Shown piece after piece: positions 38,201-46,758 of a stretch of DNA of 64,000 nucleotides. A model generated the notes under the pieces. The model was not told the DNA's origin, searched no databases, and saw nothing but the letters and a program-made list of their open reading frames with translations. Every line of letters starts with the position of its first letter. Position 1 is the stretch's first letter. Source of the DNA: an uncultured Thermoleophilaceae bacterium. Its GTDB lineage: Bacteria; Actinomycetota; Thermoleophilia; Solirubrobacterales; Thermoleophilaceae. The stretch is from contig CAZVRI010000003.1 of assembly GCA_964629855.1 (NCBI GenBank), forward strand, positions 24,039 through 88,038. The letters run 5' to 3'. Both the position numbers and the translations under genes were made by a program.

Positions 38201-38375
38201 GATGACCGCCGAGAAGGTCCCCGTCGCCCACTCCGACGAGGAGCTCGACCGCGTCCGCGCCACCATCGAGGAGATCGGCGCCGGCATCTCTCGCCAAGAC
38301 TTCCAACCAACCCCCACGCAGGAGATCTGTTCCTTCTGCGACTTCCGGATCATTTGTCCGGCGGCGGAGCGCTAG
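35298..38375 (+). CDS. UvrD/PcrA-like helicase fused to a PD-(D/E)XK nuclease with Cys cluster
   Basis: Walker A GGAGSGKT and motif II LVDEYQEA. The C-terminal nuclease has GRVDRVDRRPDGSYEVIDYKTG, with Cys ligands at YRLCPLKY and CSFCDFRIIC (AddB/Cas4-like Fe-S arrangement). Confidence 0.85.
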   Translation: MLGMRAAVPLAGLTEPQRAAASHPEGALKVLGGAGSGKTTVLAHRFAWLAEGATSPERVLMLVYSARAREEMCERLGELVEPPYEELHVQTFDELCRGLLADEALEAGLDPLFVPMTRADRVALLLDRLGDLTLRQHEIRGNPAPLLASFVERIDRLKEEMVTPDDLLQQARVGDGLSDAARVLAAREAEFAQLYADHDRLLAERGALDGGDLVLTAFRLLHERPHVRERVARRFTHVLVDEYQEATFAQGMVLRLLCEEHGQLTVAGDDAQTQRRFGAVGGRNLEEFAREYADATTIELGPSQRAPTPIQPSFWRCASERAQAQAVALHVERLVANGADPAAIAVLVRSAADDGTVVGGALEQRAIPFRVRGPGAYFQRAEVRDVLAWLRVLADPADSGAAVRALTRPPIGVHSVDIARLTQLARRRKLDMPSAVAAALEGPQLSPEGRDRAQAFLDLYRAASRAFESRRPDAFVLRLIERVGIRRQQVFATQADTVERLRNIARLPELATAYMRREPNTTPRDFTRYLKAVADSGLPEAEATGPEGAPAVAIIGIDDAKGREFDHVFVLGLSAARMPGRAPATDEVVSLASVAMTHEQVMRRRFHIAVSRARKSLVLSWSDAPNGSPARPSPFYDEVRSAAGAPEERFEEELFGPAEGLHSTFRIMRDELLDTVQRVGGRLGEMRLDTTLDVSQAVARYLELLKVAALIERSQAGQPLDDAISEVNQLLAAGASPEQRDVLESSALDDWLRDAGRDPDRRPVAGDDHAGPSLDPFIPRRRGAGAPENGLMLSASDIETYRLCPLKYKFGRVFRIPQEATINQRFGIALHTVLERFHKSPDAGREHLFDLFESSWRRGGFGDSDDELQFRERGIEALERYWENTRDETGEPVWFERSFSFQLGPHVIRGRVDRVDRRPDGSYEVIDYKTGRSKTAAELRSDVQLSIYQMGARESWGVETSAHSYYYVMTAEKVPVAHSDEELDRVRATIEEIGAGISRQDFQPTPTQEICSFCDFRIICPAAER

Positions 38376-39250
38376 CCGCGCCGCTGGCGCAGGAAGCGCT
38401 GGAAGTCTGAGGCGATCATGTCGGCGGAGGGGATGTTCGGCTCGATGCCGTCGTCCTCGGCGACCTCGTCCATCGCGGACTCGAGCCGCTCGACGAACGC
38501 CTTGACCTCGGGATCGCTGGCCACGGCGGCGTTGACCTGACGCTCGTAGTCCTCGGCAGCGGTCTCGAGGTCGGTGGCGTCGACGGCGAGGCCGGCGGCG
38601 CCCTCGAACGCGCGCACGAGCGCCAGCGCGACCTTCGGGTTTGGCGCGGCCGCGACGTAGTGGGGGACCGAGGCCCAGAGGCTGACGCTCGGCAGCCCGG
38701 CAAGGCCAGCCTCGTAGTTCAACACGCCGGTGATCCCCGTCGGGCCCTCGTAGCTCGTCGGCGCGAAGCCGAGCCGGTCGAGCATCGCCGTGTCGGAGCC
38801 GATTCCCGTCACGTGGACCGGGCGGGAGTGGGGGACGTCGGCGAGTAGTGAGCCAAGTGTCACGACGCGCCGTACGTCGAGCTCCTGGGCGATCGTGATC
38901 ACCGTCTCGCAATAGCGGCGCCAGCGCAGCGCCGGCTCAGGGCCCTGGATCACGACGAGATCGTTGTCGGCGCCGGGCACCTCGGCGGCGGCGATCGTCG
39001 TCACCGGCCAGTCGATCTCGCGCGTGTGGCTGTCGACCAGGCGCGCCGTCGGCCGCGTCTCGGTGAAGTCGAGGTAGTCCTCGAGCTCGATCCGCGCGAC
39101 CTCTCTCGGCTCGAAACGGGCGCGGATGAACTCGACCGCTGCCGATGCCGCGTCGCCCGCGTCGTTCCAGCCGCCGAACGCGGCGACCAGGACAGGGCGG
39201 CGCAAGGCGGGCCGATGGGTCCAGACGACGTCGTTCAAGGTCCCTCCCAC
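38372..39250 (-). CDS. PAC2-family (proteasome-assembly-chaperone-like) protein
   Basis: RRPVLVAAFGGWNDAGDAASAAVEFI...VITLGSLLADVPHSRP... matches my memory of actinobacterial PAC2 proteins. GTG start. Confidence 0.75.
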   Translation of the reverse strand: MGGTLNDVVWTHRPALRRPVLVAAFGGWNDAGDAASAAVEFIRARFEPREVARIELEDYLDFTETRPTARLVDSHTREIDWPVTTIAAAEVPGADNDLVVIQGPEPALRWRRYCETVITIAQELDVRRVVTLGSLLADVPHSRPVHVTGIGSDTAMLDRLGFAPTSYEGPTGITGVLNYEAGLAGLPSVSLWASVPHYVAAAPNPKVALALVRAFEGAAGLAVDATDLETAAEDYERQVNAAVASDPEVKAFVERLESAMDEVAEDDGIEPNIPSADMIASDFQRFLRQRRG

Positions 39251-39280
39251 GGTATCGCGCGCCGTTACGCTTTACCCACA

Positions 39281-40186
39281 GTGGTCGATCTGATCATCTA
39301 CGCGGCCCCCGCGTTTGTCCTGCTGCTCGTCGTCGAGGCGATCTCGTTTCGCGTCGCCCGGCGCGAGGACCTGAAGGGCTACGACCTCAAGGACACGAGC
39401 ACCAGCCTCAGCATGGGGATCGGCAACGTGATCATCAACACGGGCTGGAAGCTGATCGTGCTGCTGATCTACGTCGGTCTCTACGAGCTGACGCCGCTGC
39501 GCGTTCCCGACGACGCCTGGTGGGCCTGGGTCGCGATCTTCTTCCTCGACGACTTCGCCTACTACTGGTTCCACCGGATCAGCCACGAGGTGCGTGTCTT
39601 CTGGGCGAGCCACGTCGTCCACCACAGCTCGCAGTACTTCAACCTCTCGACCGCGCTGCGCCAGACCTGGACGCCGATGACCTACCTGCCGTTCTGGCTG
39701 CCGATCGCCCTGCTCGGGTTCAAACCCTGGATGATCGTCACGATGCAGGCGATCAGCCTGATGTACCAGTTCTGGATCCACACCGAGCGGATCCACTTGA
39801 TGCCGCGCTGGTTCGAGTTCATCTTCAACACGCCGTCGCACCACCGCGTGCACCACGGCTCCAACGACATGTACCTCGACCGCAACTACGGCGGCATCCT
39901 GATCATCTGGGATCGCATGTTCGGCACCTTCCAGGGCGAGGACGAGCCGGTGAAGTACGGCCTGACCAAGAACCTGCGCACCTATAGCCCGCCGAAGGTC
40001 GCCTTCCACGAGTGGATCGCGGTCTGGCACGACATCCGCGGCGCGAGCAACTGGCGCGACCGCTTTGGCTATGCGTTCGGTGGACCGGGGTGGACGCCCG
40101 ACCATCCCGACGACCGCGGGCTGCTGGGCGCGCCGGCGCACGGTCACCCGCCGGCTTCGTCGCCGGCGCCCGACACCCCGTCCTGA
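39281..40186 (+). CDS. sterol-desaturase/fatty-acid-hydroxylase family membrane protein
   Basis: His boxes HRISH, HVVHH and HHRVHH lie within hydrophobic segments. I use the GTG at 39281, because the upstream part of ORF 39026.. overlaps the PAC2 gene. Confidence 0.8.
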   Translation: MVDLIIYAAPAFVLLLVVEAISFRVARREDLKGYDLKDTSTSLSMGIGNVIINTGWKLIVLLIYVGLYELTPLRVPDDAWWAWVAIFFLDDFAYYWFHRISHEVRVFWASHVVHHSSQYFNLSTALRQTWTPMTYLPFWLPIALLGFKPWMIVTMQAISLMYQFWIHTERIHLMPRWFEFIFNTPSHHRVHHGSNDMYLDRNYGGILIIWDRMFGTFQGEDEPVKYGLTKNLRTYSPPKVAFHEWIAVWHDIRGASNWRDRFGYAFGGPGWTPDHPDDRGLLGAPAHGHPPASSPAPDTPS

Positions 40187-40227
40187 CCGACGAGGTCGGG
40201 CGGCCCGCTCTGCCACAGTTCAGCGCT

Positions 40228-40887
40228 GTGCGGTCGTCGCGAGAGATCGTCTGGCTGGCGATTGCCGGCCTCGTCGCAGTCGGGTTGCTGCTCCCCGCGT
40301 CGGCGGCTGCGGGCTGCGGCAAGACCAAGCGGTTCGCATCGACCGCCGACGCGGGAGTCGGGCAGGCGCCGCTGGCGATCGGCGACTCGGTGCTGCTCGG
40401 CGCCGCCGAGGAGACGGCGGCGGTCGGCTACGACGTCGACGTTCGCGGCTGCCGCCAGATGGCGGAGGGGCTCACCGTGTTGCGCAAGTACGCGCGCGCC
40501 GGCAGTCTCCCGAAGGTCGTCGTGATCGCGCTCGGATCGAACTCGTCGATCACGACCACCGACGTGCGAACGGCGCTGCGGGTCCTAGGACCGAATCGCA
40601 TCCTCGGTCTGGTCACCCCCCGCGAGATCCGCGGGACCCCTTACACCGACGCCGCAACCTTGCGCGCCGCGGCGAAGCGCTGGCCCCGACGGATCGCTCT
40701 CGTGGACTGGGTCAAGCACACCAAGCGGCACAAGGGCATGACCTACTCGGACGGCATTCATCTGACGGCCGCCGGCCAGTTCGCGATGGCGCGCTTGCTG
40801 AAGGCGCCGCTGGCACGCGTCGCCCCGGGAGTCACCCCGCCACCTTCCGGTGGCGGCACAGACGGCGGCGGCGCCACGGCACCATGA
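40228..40887 (+). CDS. SGNH/GDSL-like hydrolase lipoprotein
   Basis: GTG at 40228. Signal plus lipobox (LLLPASAAAGC-G). Block I is IGDSVLLGA and block V is SDGIHLT. Confidence 0.75.
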   Translation: MRSSREIVWLAIAGLVAVGLLLPASAAAGCGKTKRFASTADAGVGQAPLAIGDSVLLGAAEETAAVGYDVDVRGCRQMAEGLTVLRKYARAGSLPKVVVIALGSNSSITTTDVRTALRVLGPNRILGLVTPREIRGTPYTDAATLRAAAKRWPRRIALVDWVKHTKRHKGMTYSDGIHLTAAGQFAMARLLKAPLARVAPGVTPPPSGGGTDGGGATAP

Positions 40888-41705
40888 ACGCGCGGCTAGT
40901 GGCGGTTGCCGCCGCTACGGTGCTCACGGTGCTCGCTCCGAACGCGTCGGCCGCGGTGCTCGTTGTCGGCGACAGCCTCGGCGTGGGTACCGACGGCCCG
41001 CTACGCGCCGCGCTGCCGGAGGCGGAGATCCAGTCCGACAGCGTCAACGGCCGCCCGAGCCGCGAGGGAGTGTCGGTGCTGAGCGAGCTGCTGGGACCTG
41101 AGCACGACACCGTCGTCTTCGATCTCGGCACCAACGATGGGAACGCCGCGGTCGCGACCACGGCGGCGAGCCTTGCCGCCGCGCGCCAGCTGACGGACAA
41201 CCGCTGCCTGGTCGTAGCCACCCTCAACCGCCCTCCGCTCGCCGGCATCCCGATCGACGCCCAGAACGCGATGATCCGGCGCTTCGCCGCGACAACCCCG
41301 AACGTCGTGCTCGTGGAGTGGAACGACGCGGCCGCCGGAAGCCCCGGCATTCTGCAGCCCGACGGCGTCCACGCGACCGACGCCGGCTACGCCTACCGCG
41401 GCGCCCTGTTCGCCGACGCGATCCGCAGCTGCCTGACCGGCGCGGGTGGCGGCAACGCTGCCCCGCCGCCCGACGGCCGCCAGGCCTCGTCAACGGACCG
41501 CCCCGCAGGCTCCCGAAGCGCTCGCCGGCCGAGCGGCCCGTCGCTCGAGGAGCGCGCGGCCACCGCGCTCGGCGAGCGCCTCTCCGCCGACGGCGGCCCG
41601 CTGGACATCGCCAAGCACGGCGCCGCCCTCTTCTCAGCCGCCGCCGCTAGCCTCGGCGAGGTCCTCACCCCCCGCGGCCCCGAGCCCGTGCTCGGCGCCG
41701 AGTAG
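40884..41705 (+). CDS. secreted SGNH/GDSL-like hydrolase
   Basis: Its ATG overlaps the upstream TGA (ATGA). Signal MNARLVAVAAATVLTVLAPNASA. Motifs VVGDSLGVG, DLGTNDG and PDGVHAT are present. The C-terminal tail is low-complexity. Confidence 0.8.
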   Translation: MNARLVAVAAATVLTVLAPNASAAVLVVGDSLGVGTDGPLRAALPEAEIQSDSVNGRPSREGVSVLSELLGPEHDTVVFDLGTNDGNAAVATTAASLAAARQLTDNRCLVVATLNRPPLAGIPIDAQNAMIRRFAATTPNVVLVEWNDAAAGSPGILQPDGVHATDAGYAYRGALFADAIRSCLTGAGGGNAAPPPDGRQASSTDRPAGSRSARRPSGPSLEERAATALGERLSADGGPLDIAKHGAALFSAAAASLGEVLTPRGPEPVLGAE

Positions 41706-41759
41706 TCCTCTGCGGGCGCGGATCTGAGTGCGGAGCGCCGCCCTGGGTAACCTCAGTCC

Positions 41760-43292
41760 ATGGCGATCGCGAGCAGTGAACAGGCGGCGCTGGATGCCAC
41801 GCCGAAGCAGCTGTACATCGGCGGCGAATGGCGCGACGCTAGTGGCGGCGGGACGCTGCAGGTCGAGGACCCCGCCACAGGCCACACGCTGTGCGAGGTC
41901 GCCGACGCGACACCGGACGACGCGCGGGCGGCGCTCGACGCGGCGTGCGCTGTCCAGGCGGAGTGGGCGGCCCATCCGCCCCGCGAGCGTGGGGAGATCC
42001 TGCGCCGCGCCTATGAGGAGATGACCGAACGCGCCGACGAGCTGGCGCTGCTGATGACGCTAGAGATGGGCAAGGCACTCGCCGAGGCGAAGGCGGAGAT
42101 CGCCTACGCGTCGGAGTTCTTCCGCTGGAACGCCGAGGAGGCGGTGCGGATCGACGGCCGCTATGCGACGGCGCCGAACGGCGCGGGACGGCTGTTGACG
42201 ATGAAGCAGCCGGTTGGGCCCTGCCTGCTGATCACTCCCTGGAACTTCCCGACGGCGATGGGCACGCGCAAGATCGGGCCTGCGGTCGCGGCTGGCTGCA
42301 CGATGGTCGTCAAGCCGGCCAAGCTGACGCCGCTGTCGATGCTCGCGCTCGCGCAGATCCTCGAGAACGCCGGGCTGCCGAAAGGCGTCCTGAACGTCGT
42401 GACCGCCAAGTCGGCGGGCGATGTCACCGGTCCGCTGATCGAGGACCCGCGGCTGCGCAAGCTCTCCTTCACCGGTTCGACGGAGGTCGGCCGCAAGCTG
42501 ATCGAGCAGTCGGCGCCGAACGTGTTGAAGCTGTCGATGGAGCTCGGCGGCAACGCACCCTTCGTGGTCTTCGAGGACGCCGATCTCGACGCCGCCGTAG
42601 AGGGCGCGATGATCGCCAAGCTGCGCAACATCGGCGAGGCCTGCACCGCGGCAAACCGCTTCCACGTCGCCGCGCCGATCGCCGACGAGTTCGCCGACCG
42701 TCTCGCCGAGAAGATGCGTGTGCTGAACATCGGTCGCGGTACCGAAGAGGGCGTCGACATCGGCCCGCTGGTCGACGAGGCCACGCGCGGCAAGGTGACC
42801 GAGCTCGTTACGGACGCCGTGCGGAAGGGCGCGCAGGCGCTGATCGGCGGAGAGGACGTGCGCAGTGGCGGCCACGGCAGCATGGTCGACGGCGACGCCG
42901 ACGATGGCGCCGCCGGCTGCCTCGACGGCGCCGGCCACTTCTACGCCCCCACGGTCCTTAAGGGCGTCGCGCCCGGGTCGCGCATTCTCTCCGAGGAGAT
43001 CTTCGGACCCGTCGCCCCAGTGATCGCCTTCGACTCCGAGGAGGACGCGATTGCCGCCGCCAACGACACCGAGTTCGGCCTCGTCGCCTACGTCTACACG
43101 CGCGACCTCAAGCGCGCCCTGCGCGTCTGCGAGGCACTCGAGACCGGCATGGTCGGCCTCAACCAGGGCATGGTCTCCAACCCGGCCGCTCCCTTCGGCG
43201 GCGTCAAGCAGTCCGGCTTCGGCCGCGAGGGCGGCTACGAGGGAATCGAGGAGTACCTCGAGACCAAGTACGTCGCCGTCAACATGGACTGA
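41760..43292 (+). CDS. gabD: NAD(P)-dependent succinate-semialdehyde/aldehyde dehydrogenase
   Basis: Motifs ITPWNFP, ELGGNAP and GEACTAANR (catalytic Cys), and EEIFGPV. It carries an extra ~21-aa acidic/Gly segment before FYAPTVL. Confidence 0.9.
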   Translation: MAIASSEQAALDATPKQLYIGGEWRDASGGGTLQVEDPATGHTLCEVADATPDDARAALDAACAVQAEWAAHPPRERGEILRRAYEEMTERADELALLMTLEMGKALAEAKAEIAYASEFFRWNAEEAVRIDGRYATAPNGAGRLLTMKQPVGPCLLITPWNFPTAMGTRKIGPAVAAGCTMVVKPAKLTPLSMLALAQILENAGLPKGVLNVVTAKSAGDVTGPLIEDPRLRKLSFTGSTEVGRKLIEQSAPNVLKLSMELGGNAPFVVFEDADLDAAVEGAMIAKLRNIGEACTAANRFHVAAPIADEFADRLAEKMRVLNIGRGTEEGVDIGPLVDEATRGKVTELVTDAVRKGAQALIGGEDVRSGGHGSMVDGDADDGAAGCLDGAGHFYAPTVLKGVAPGSRILSEEIFGPVAPVIAFDSEEDAIAAANDTEFGLVAYVYTRDLKRALRVCEALETGMVGLNQGMVSNPAAPFGGVKQSGFGREGGYEGIEEYLETKYVAVNMD

Positions 43293-43318
43293 CGCTCGGC
43301 TTCACGCCAGAAAAGGGT

Positions 43319-43357
43319 GCGCCGGAGCCCCTAGTTCCTCCCAGAGGGCCCCGGCGC
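43319..43357 (+). terminator. GC-rich hairpin after gabD
   Basis: GCGCCGGAGCC-(17 nt)-GGCCCCGGCGC has one mismatch and lies 27 nt after the stop. There is no clear U-tract. Confidence 0.35.
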
Positions 43358-43462
43358 GGTACTGACAAGGAGAGGTGATTCGCAAGTAATGAGCATGGTG
43401 GCGGGCGCTCCCAAAGACTGACTAAAGGTCTTCCCAAGCAGTTCTAAAGACGCCGGGTTAGA

Positions 43463-44500
43463 GTGGCCTTGTTCTGGAGGACAAAGCCTTGGAGGGCTGA
43501 TCCTGCGACCGTCACCGGCGTGACCGATGGCGACACGCTGTCGGCCCGAACCGCCGACGGCCTGGAGCTGACGGTGCGGCTGATCGGCATCGACGCACCC
43601 GCGCCGAACGAGTGCAGTGGCCGCGATGCCCGCCGGGCGTTGTCCGAGCTAGTCGACGGCCAGGCCGTCGAGCTGGAGTCCGACCCCTCCGTGGAGGTGG
43701 GCGACGGAGCCGGGCGTTCGCGCTTCTATGTCGACCGTGCCGACGGGCTCGACATCGGTCTCGAGCAGGTGCGCCGTGGCTGGGCGGCGGTCGTGAATAC
43801 CCCGGCGTTCGCTCGTCAGTCGGCGTACTTCGATGCGGAACAGGCGTCGATCGCCGGTGTCTGGGCGGATTGCGACGGCGAGTTCCACCTCACCCGCGCC
43901 GATCGGCTGCGCGCGCTTCGCGGCGAGGCGCGCGACTTCGTGCGCCGCTACTACCGGCGCCTCTCCAACAACCAGTTCCGTGCCGCGTGGCAGATGCTTG
44001 GTGCGCCCGTCAAGCGCCAGCTCGGATACGGCTACCGCACCTGGCGCTCCAGCCATCGCGGCTCACTCGGCGTGTCGGCGCGCACAACGGGGTCCCGCGT
44101 GAGCGGTGGTCGCCTGGTCGTCGGCGTCCGCCTGCGGTCGCGCGATCGCGATGTCTGCAGCGGCCGTGTGGTCGCGCAGCGCTTTCGGGGCGAGGTCGTC
44201 CTGTCCCGTCGTGGGGATGCGTTCACCGTCTCGAAGTTCCGCATCCGCAAGACCGCGGGCCAAACGCCACGGCTGTCGAAATCGCAATGCCCGAAGCCGA
44301 AGCCAACGCCGCCCGCGATGGTGCCGCCTCCGTCGACCAACTGCCAGGGCTACGACCCGTGCATCACACCCGGCCCGGACGTTGATTGCGCGGGCGGCAG
44401 CGGTAACGGCCCGCGCTACACCGGCCCGGTCAGGGTCTACGGCAGCGACCCGTACGGCCTCGACAGCGACGGTGACGGGTACGGCTGCGAGGACAGCTAG
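43463..44500 (+). CDS. thermonuclease (SNase)-like domain protein with C-terminal Excalibur Ca-binding motif
   Basis: The SNase pattern VTGVTDGDTLSA...VRLIGIDAPAP is present. The C-terminus has DSDGDGYGCE (Excalibur-type DxDxDGxxCE). There is no obvious signal peptide from the GTG at 43463. Confidence 0.7.
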   Translation: MALFWRTKPWRADPATVTGVTDGDTLSARTADGLELTVRLIGIDAPAPNECSGRDARRALSELVDGQAVELESDPSVEVGDGAGRSRFYVDRADGLDIGLEQVRRGWAAVVNTPAFARQSAYFDAEQASIAGVWADCDGEFHLTRADRLRALRGEARDFVRRYYRRLSNNQFRAAWQMLGAPVKRQLGYGYRTWRSSHRGSLGVSARTTGSRVSGGRLVVGVRLRSRDRDVCSGRVVAQRFRGEVVLSRRGDAFTVSKFRIRKTAGQTPRLSKSQCPKPKPTPPAMVPPPSTNCQGYDPCITPGPDVDCAGGSGNGPRYTGPVRVYGSDPYGLDSDGDGYGCEDS

Positions 44501-44537
44501 CCGGCGCTCCTGAGGAGCGCCGGCCAATCAGCGTCCG

Positions 44538-45860
44538 CTAGGCCTGCGACCCGCGCGCCATCTTGCGCAGGTCGAGCGCCTCGTCGAGCGTGGCCTCGTC
44601 GACGCCCTTCTCGATCGCGACCTCGCGGATGGTCCGTCGTGAAGCGACGGCCTCCTTGACGATCTCGGTCGCCTTGTCGTAGCCGATGTGGGGGTTGAGC
44701 GCGGTGGCGATCGCGGGGGTCGACTCGGCGTTGCGGGTCAGTGCCTCCTCGTTGGCCTCCAGCCCGTCGATCACCTTGTCCGCGAGCAACGTCGAGGCGC
44801 TCGCGAGAATGCCGATCGAGTCGAGCAGGTTGCGCGCGATCATCGGAACGCGCACGTTGAGCTCGAAGTTGCCCTGGGTGCCAGCGACGGTGATCGCCGT
44901 GTCGTTGCCGATCACCTGCGCGGCGACCTGTAGGACGACCTCCGGGATCACCGGGTTGACCTTGCCCGGCATGATCGAGGAGCCCTTCTGCAACTCCGGC
45001 AGCGCCAGCTCGCCAAAGCCGGTGCGCGGGCCAGAGCCCATGATCACGAGGTCGTTGGCGATCTTCGTCAGCGAGACGGCGACGACCTTCAGCGCGCCCG
45101 ACAGCTCTACCAGCGCGTCGCGGTTGGCCTGCGCCTCGAACGGGTCGGCCGGCCCCTCGACAGCGAGACCGGTCGCCTCGCGCAGCTTCTCGCGCACGCG
45201 CGCGGCGAACTCCGGGTGTGTGTTTAGGCCGGTGCCCGTCGCCGTCCCGCCGAGCGGGATCTGCGACGCGCGCGGCAGCGCGTCGGAGACGCGGTCGTGG
45301 CCGAGCGACACCTGCTTCGCGTAGCCGGCGAACTCCTGGCCGAGCGTCACGGGAACTGCGTCCATCATGTGCGTGCGGCCGGCCTTGACGACGTCGCGCC
45401 AGGCGTCGGCCTTCACCTCGAGCGCGCCCGAAAGCTTCTCGAGCGCCGGCAGCAGCCGCGCCCGGGTCTCAGACACTGCCGCCAGGTGGACCGCCGACGG
45501 GAAGACGTCGTTGGACGACTGCCCCATGTTGACGTGGTCGTTGGCGTGCGCCCCGTCGCCGGCGAGGTTGGCGATCACCTCGTTGGAGTTCATGTTCGAC
45601 GAGGTTCCGGAGCCGGTCTGGAAGACGTCGATCGGGAACTGGTCGTCGTGGTCGCCACGGGCGATCTCGTCGCCGGCCGCCGCGATCCGCTCCGCGATCG
45701 CCGCGTCGAGCAGACCCAGGTCGCCGTTGACGCGCGCCGCCGCGGCCTTGATCTGGCCGAGCATCCGCACGACGGCCGTCGGCACGCGCTCGCCCGACAC
45801 CGGGAAGTTGTCGATCGCCTTGCTCGTCTCCGAGCCCCACAGCTGCTGCTCGACTGCCAT
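44538..45860 (-). CDS. fumC: class II fumarate hydratase
   Basis: It has the signature GSSIMPGKVNP and an N-terminus WGSETSKAIDNFPVSGERVP like actinobacterial fumarases. The aspartase/fumarase superfamily is certain, but the subfamily is inferred. Confidence 0.85.
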   Translation of the reverse strand: MAVEQQLWGSETSKAIDNFPVSGERVPTAVVRMLGQIKAAAARVNGDLGLLDAAIAERIAAAGDEIARGDHDDQFPIDVFQTGSGTSSNMNSNEVIANLAGDGAHANDHVNMGQSSNDVFPSAVHLAAVSETRARLLPALEKLSGALEVKADAWRDVVKAGRTHMMDAVPVTLGQEFAGYAKQVSLGHDRVSDALPRASQIPLGGTATGTGLNTHPEFAARVREKLREATGLAVEGPADPFEAQANRDALVELSGALKVVAVSLTKIANDLVIMGSGPRTGFGELALPELQKGSSIMPGKVNPVIPEVVLQVAAQVIGNDTAITVAGTQGNFELNVRVPMIARNLLDSIGILASASTLLADKVIDGLEANEEALTRNAESTPAIATALNPHIGYDKATEIVKEAVASRRTIREVAIEKGVDEATLDEALDLRKMARGSQA

Positions 45861-46017
45861 TGCGCCTTGCGCTCCTTCGGTCTACTACGGACGGGGGACG
45901 GCGCCTCAGGGTATTGGAGCGCCCGCCGCGTCGCGGTTCGCGCGACCTCGCGGCCCGAACCGCTGCATTCGCTAAGCGGGGGAGGCGCGGACGGGCAACC
46001 CGTGGTCCGATCGCTAC

Positions 46018-46548
46018 TTGCCTCTGATCCACACCGACTTCGAGCAGATCGCCCCGGCGCCGAGCGACCCGCCGGCGAAGAAGCGCTTCTGCAGCCGCTG
46101 CGGCGAGCCCGCGATGGACCCGCCCGCCGGGGCCGAGGCGCCCGCGCTCGAACAGCGCGTCTGTGGCGTCTGTGGCATGGGCATCTTGCTGCGCTGCAAC
46201 CCCGATGCGCTGCCGGGGGCGGGAGCCGCGTTCCTGATCACCAACCACGCGCTCGAGATCGCGGCCGTCAGCGAAGCCGCGGAGGCGATCTTCGCCAGCG
46301 AGGAGAAGCTGACGGGTACCAGCGTGATGGACCTGCTGAGCAGCACGATCGGCGACCGGCGGTTGGCGAAGACCGTCAGCCGCGCCGCGCTGCGCGTCCA
46401 CGACGCGGTCACCGTGCCCGCCCGCCTGACTGGCGACAAGGCCGACGAGATCGGGACGATGGCCTGCCGGATCTCGACCTGTGGGCCTCCGCGGGCCGCG
46501 CTGATCGCCGTCGAGCCGACCCATTTCGGTCGCCGCCCGTCCGGCTAG
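46018..46548 (+). CDS. hypothetical protein with N-terminal zinc-ribbon-like CxxC pairs
   Basis: CSRCGEP...(22 aa)...CGVCGMG is followed by a ~110-aa alpha/beta segment. TTG start, and the start is uncertain. Confidence 0.5.
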   Translation: MPLIHTDFEQIAPAPSDPPAKKRFCSRCGEPAMDPPAGAEAPALEQRVCGVCGMGILLRCNPDALPGAGAAFLITNHALEIAAVSEAAEAIFASEEKLTGTSVMDLLSSTIGDRRLAKTVSRAALRVHDAVTVPARLTGDKADEIGTMACRISTCGPPRAALIAVEPTHFGRRPSG

Positions 46549-46588
46549 CAGCGCCTTCCTACGCCCTCTAGGACGTTCGTCCAGGTAT

Positions 46589-46611
46589 GCAATTCGTGCT
46601 GCACGAGTTGC
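46589..46611. promoter_or_regulatory. near-perfect 11-bp inverted repeat upstream of the MerR gene
   Basis: GCAATTCGTGC-T-GCACGAGTTGC matches 10/11. It lies 148 nt upstream of the MerR ATG and 41 nt after the previous stop. It could be an operator or a weak terminator. Confidence 0.3.
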
Positions 46612-46758
46612 GCAAACGCTGCCGACACGTCACAAAGCTGCGCAGTAGCTGCGCGGTTCGCGTCAGAACCCCGTTCAAGGTCACGGCGTCTGTGACCGAT
46701 AGGGGCAGAGCGGCAAACACTCGATGTGGGCCGTGCGGCAACGAAAGGAAACGGCGAG

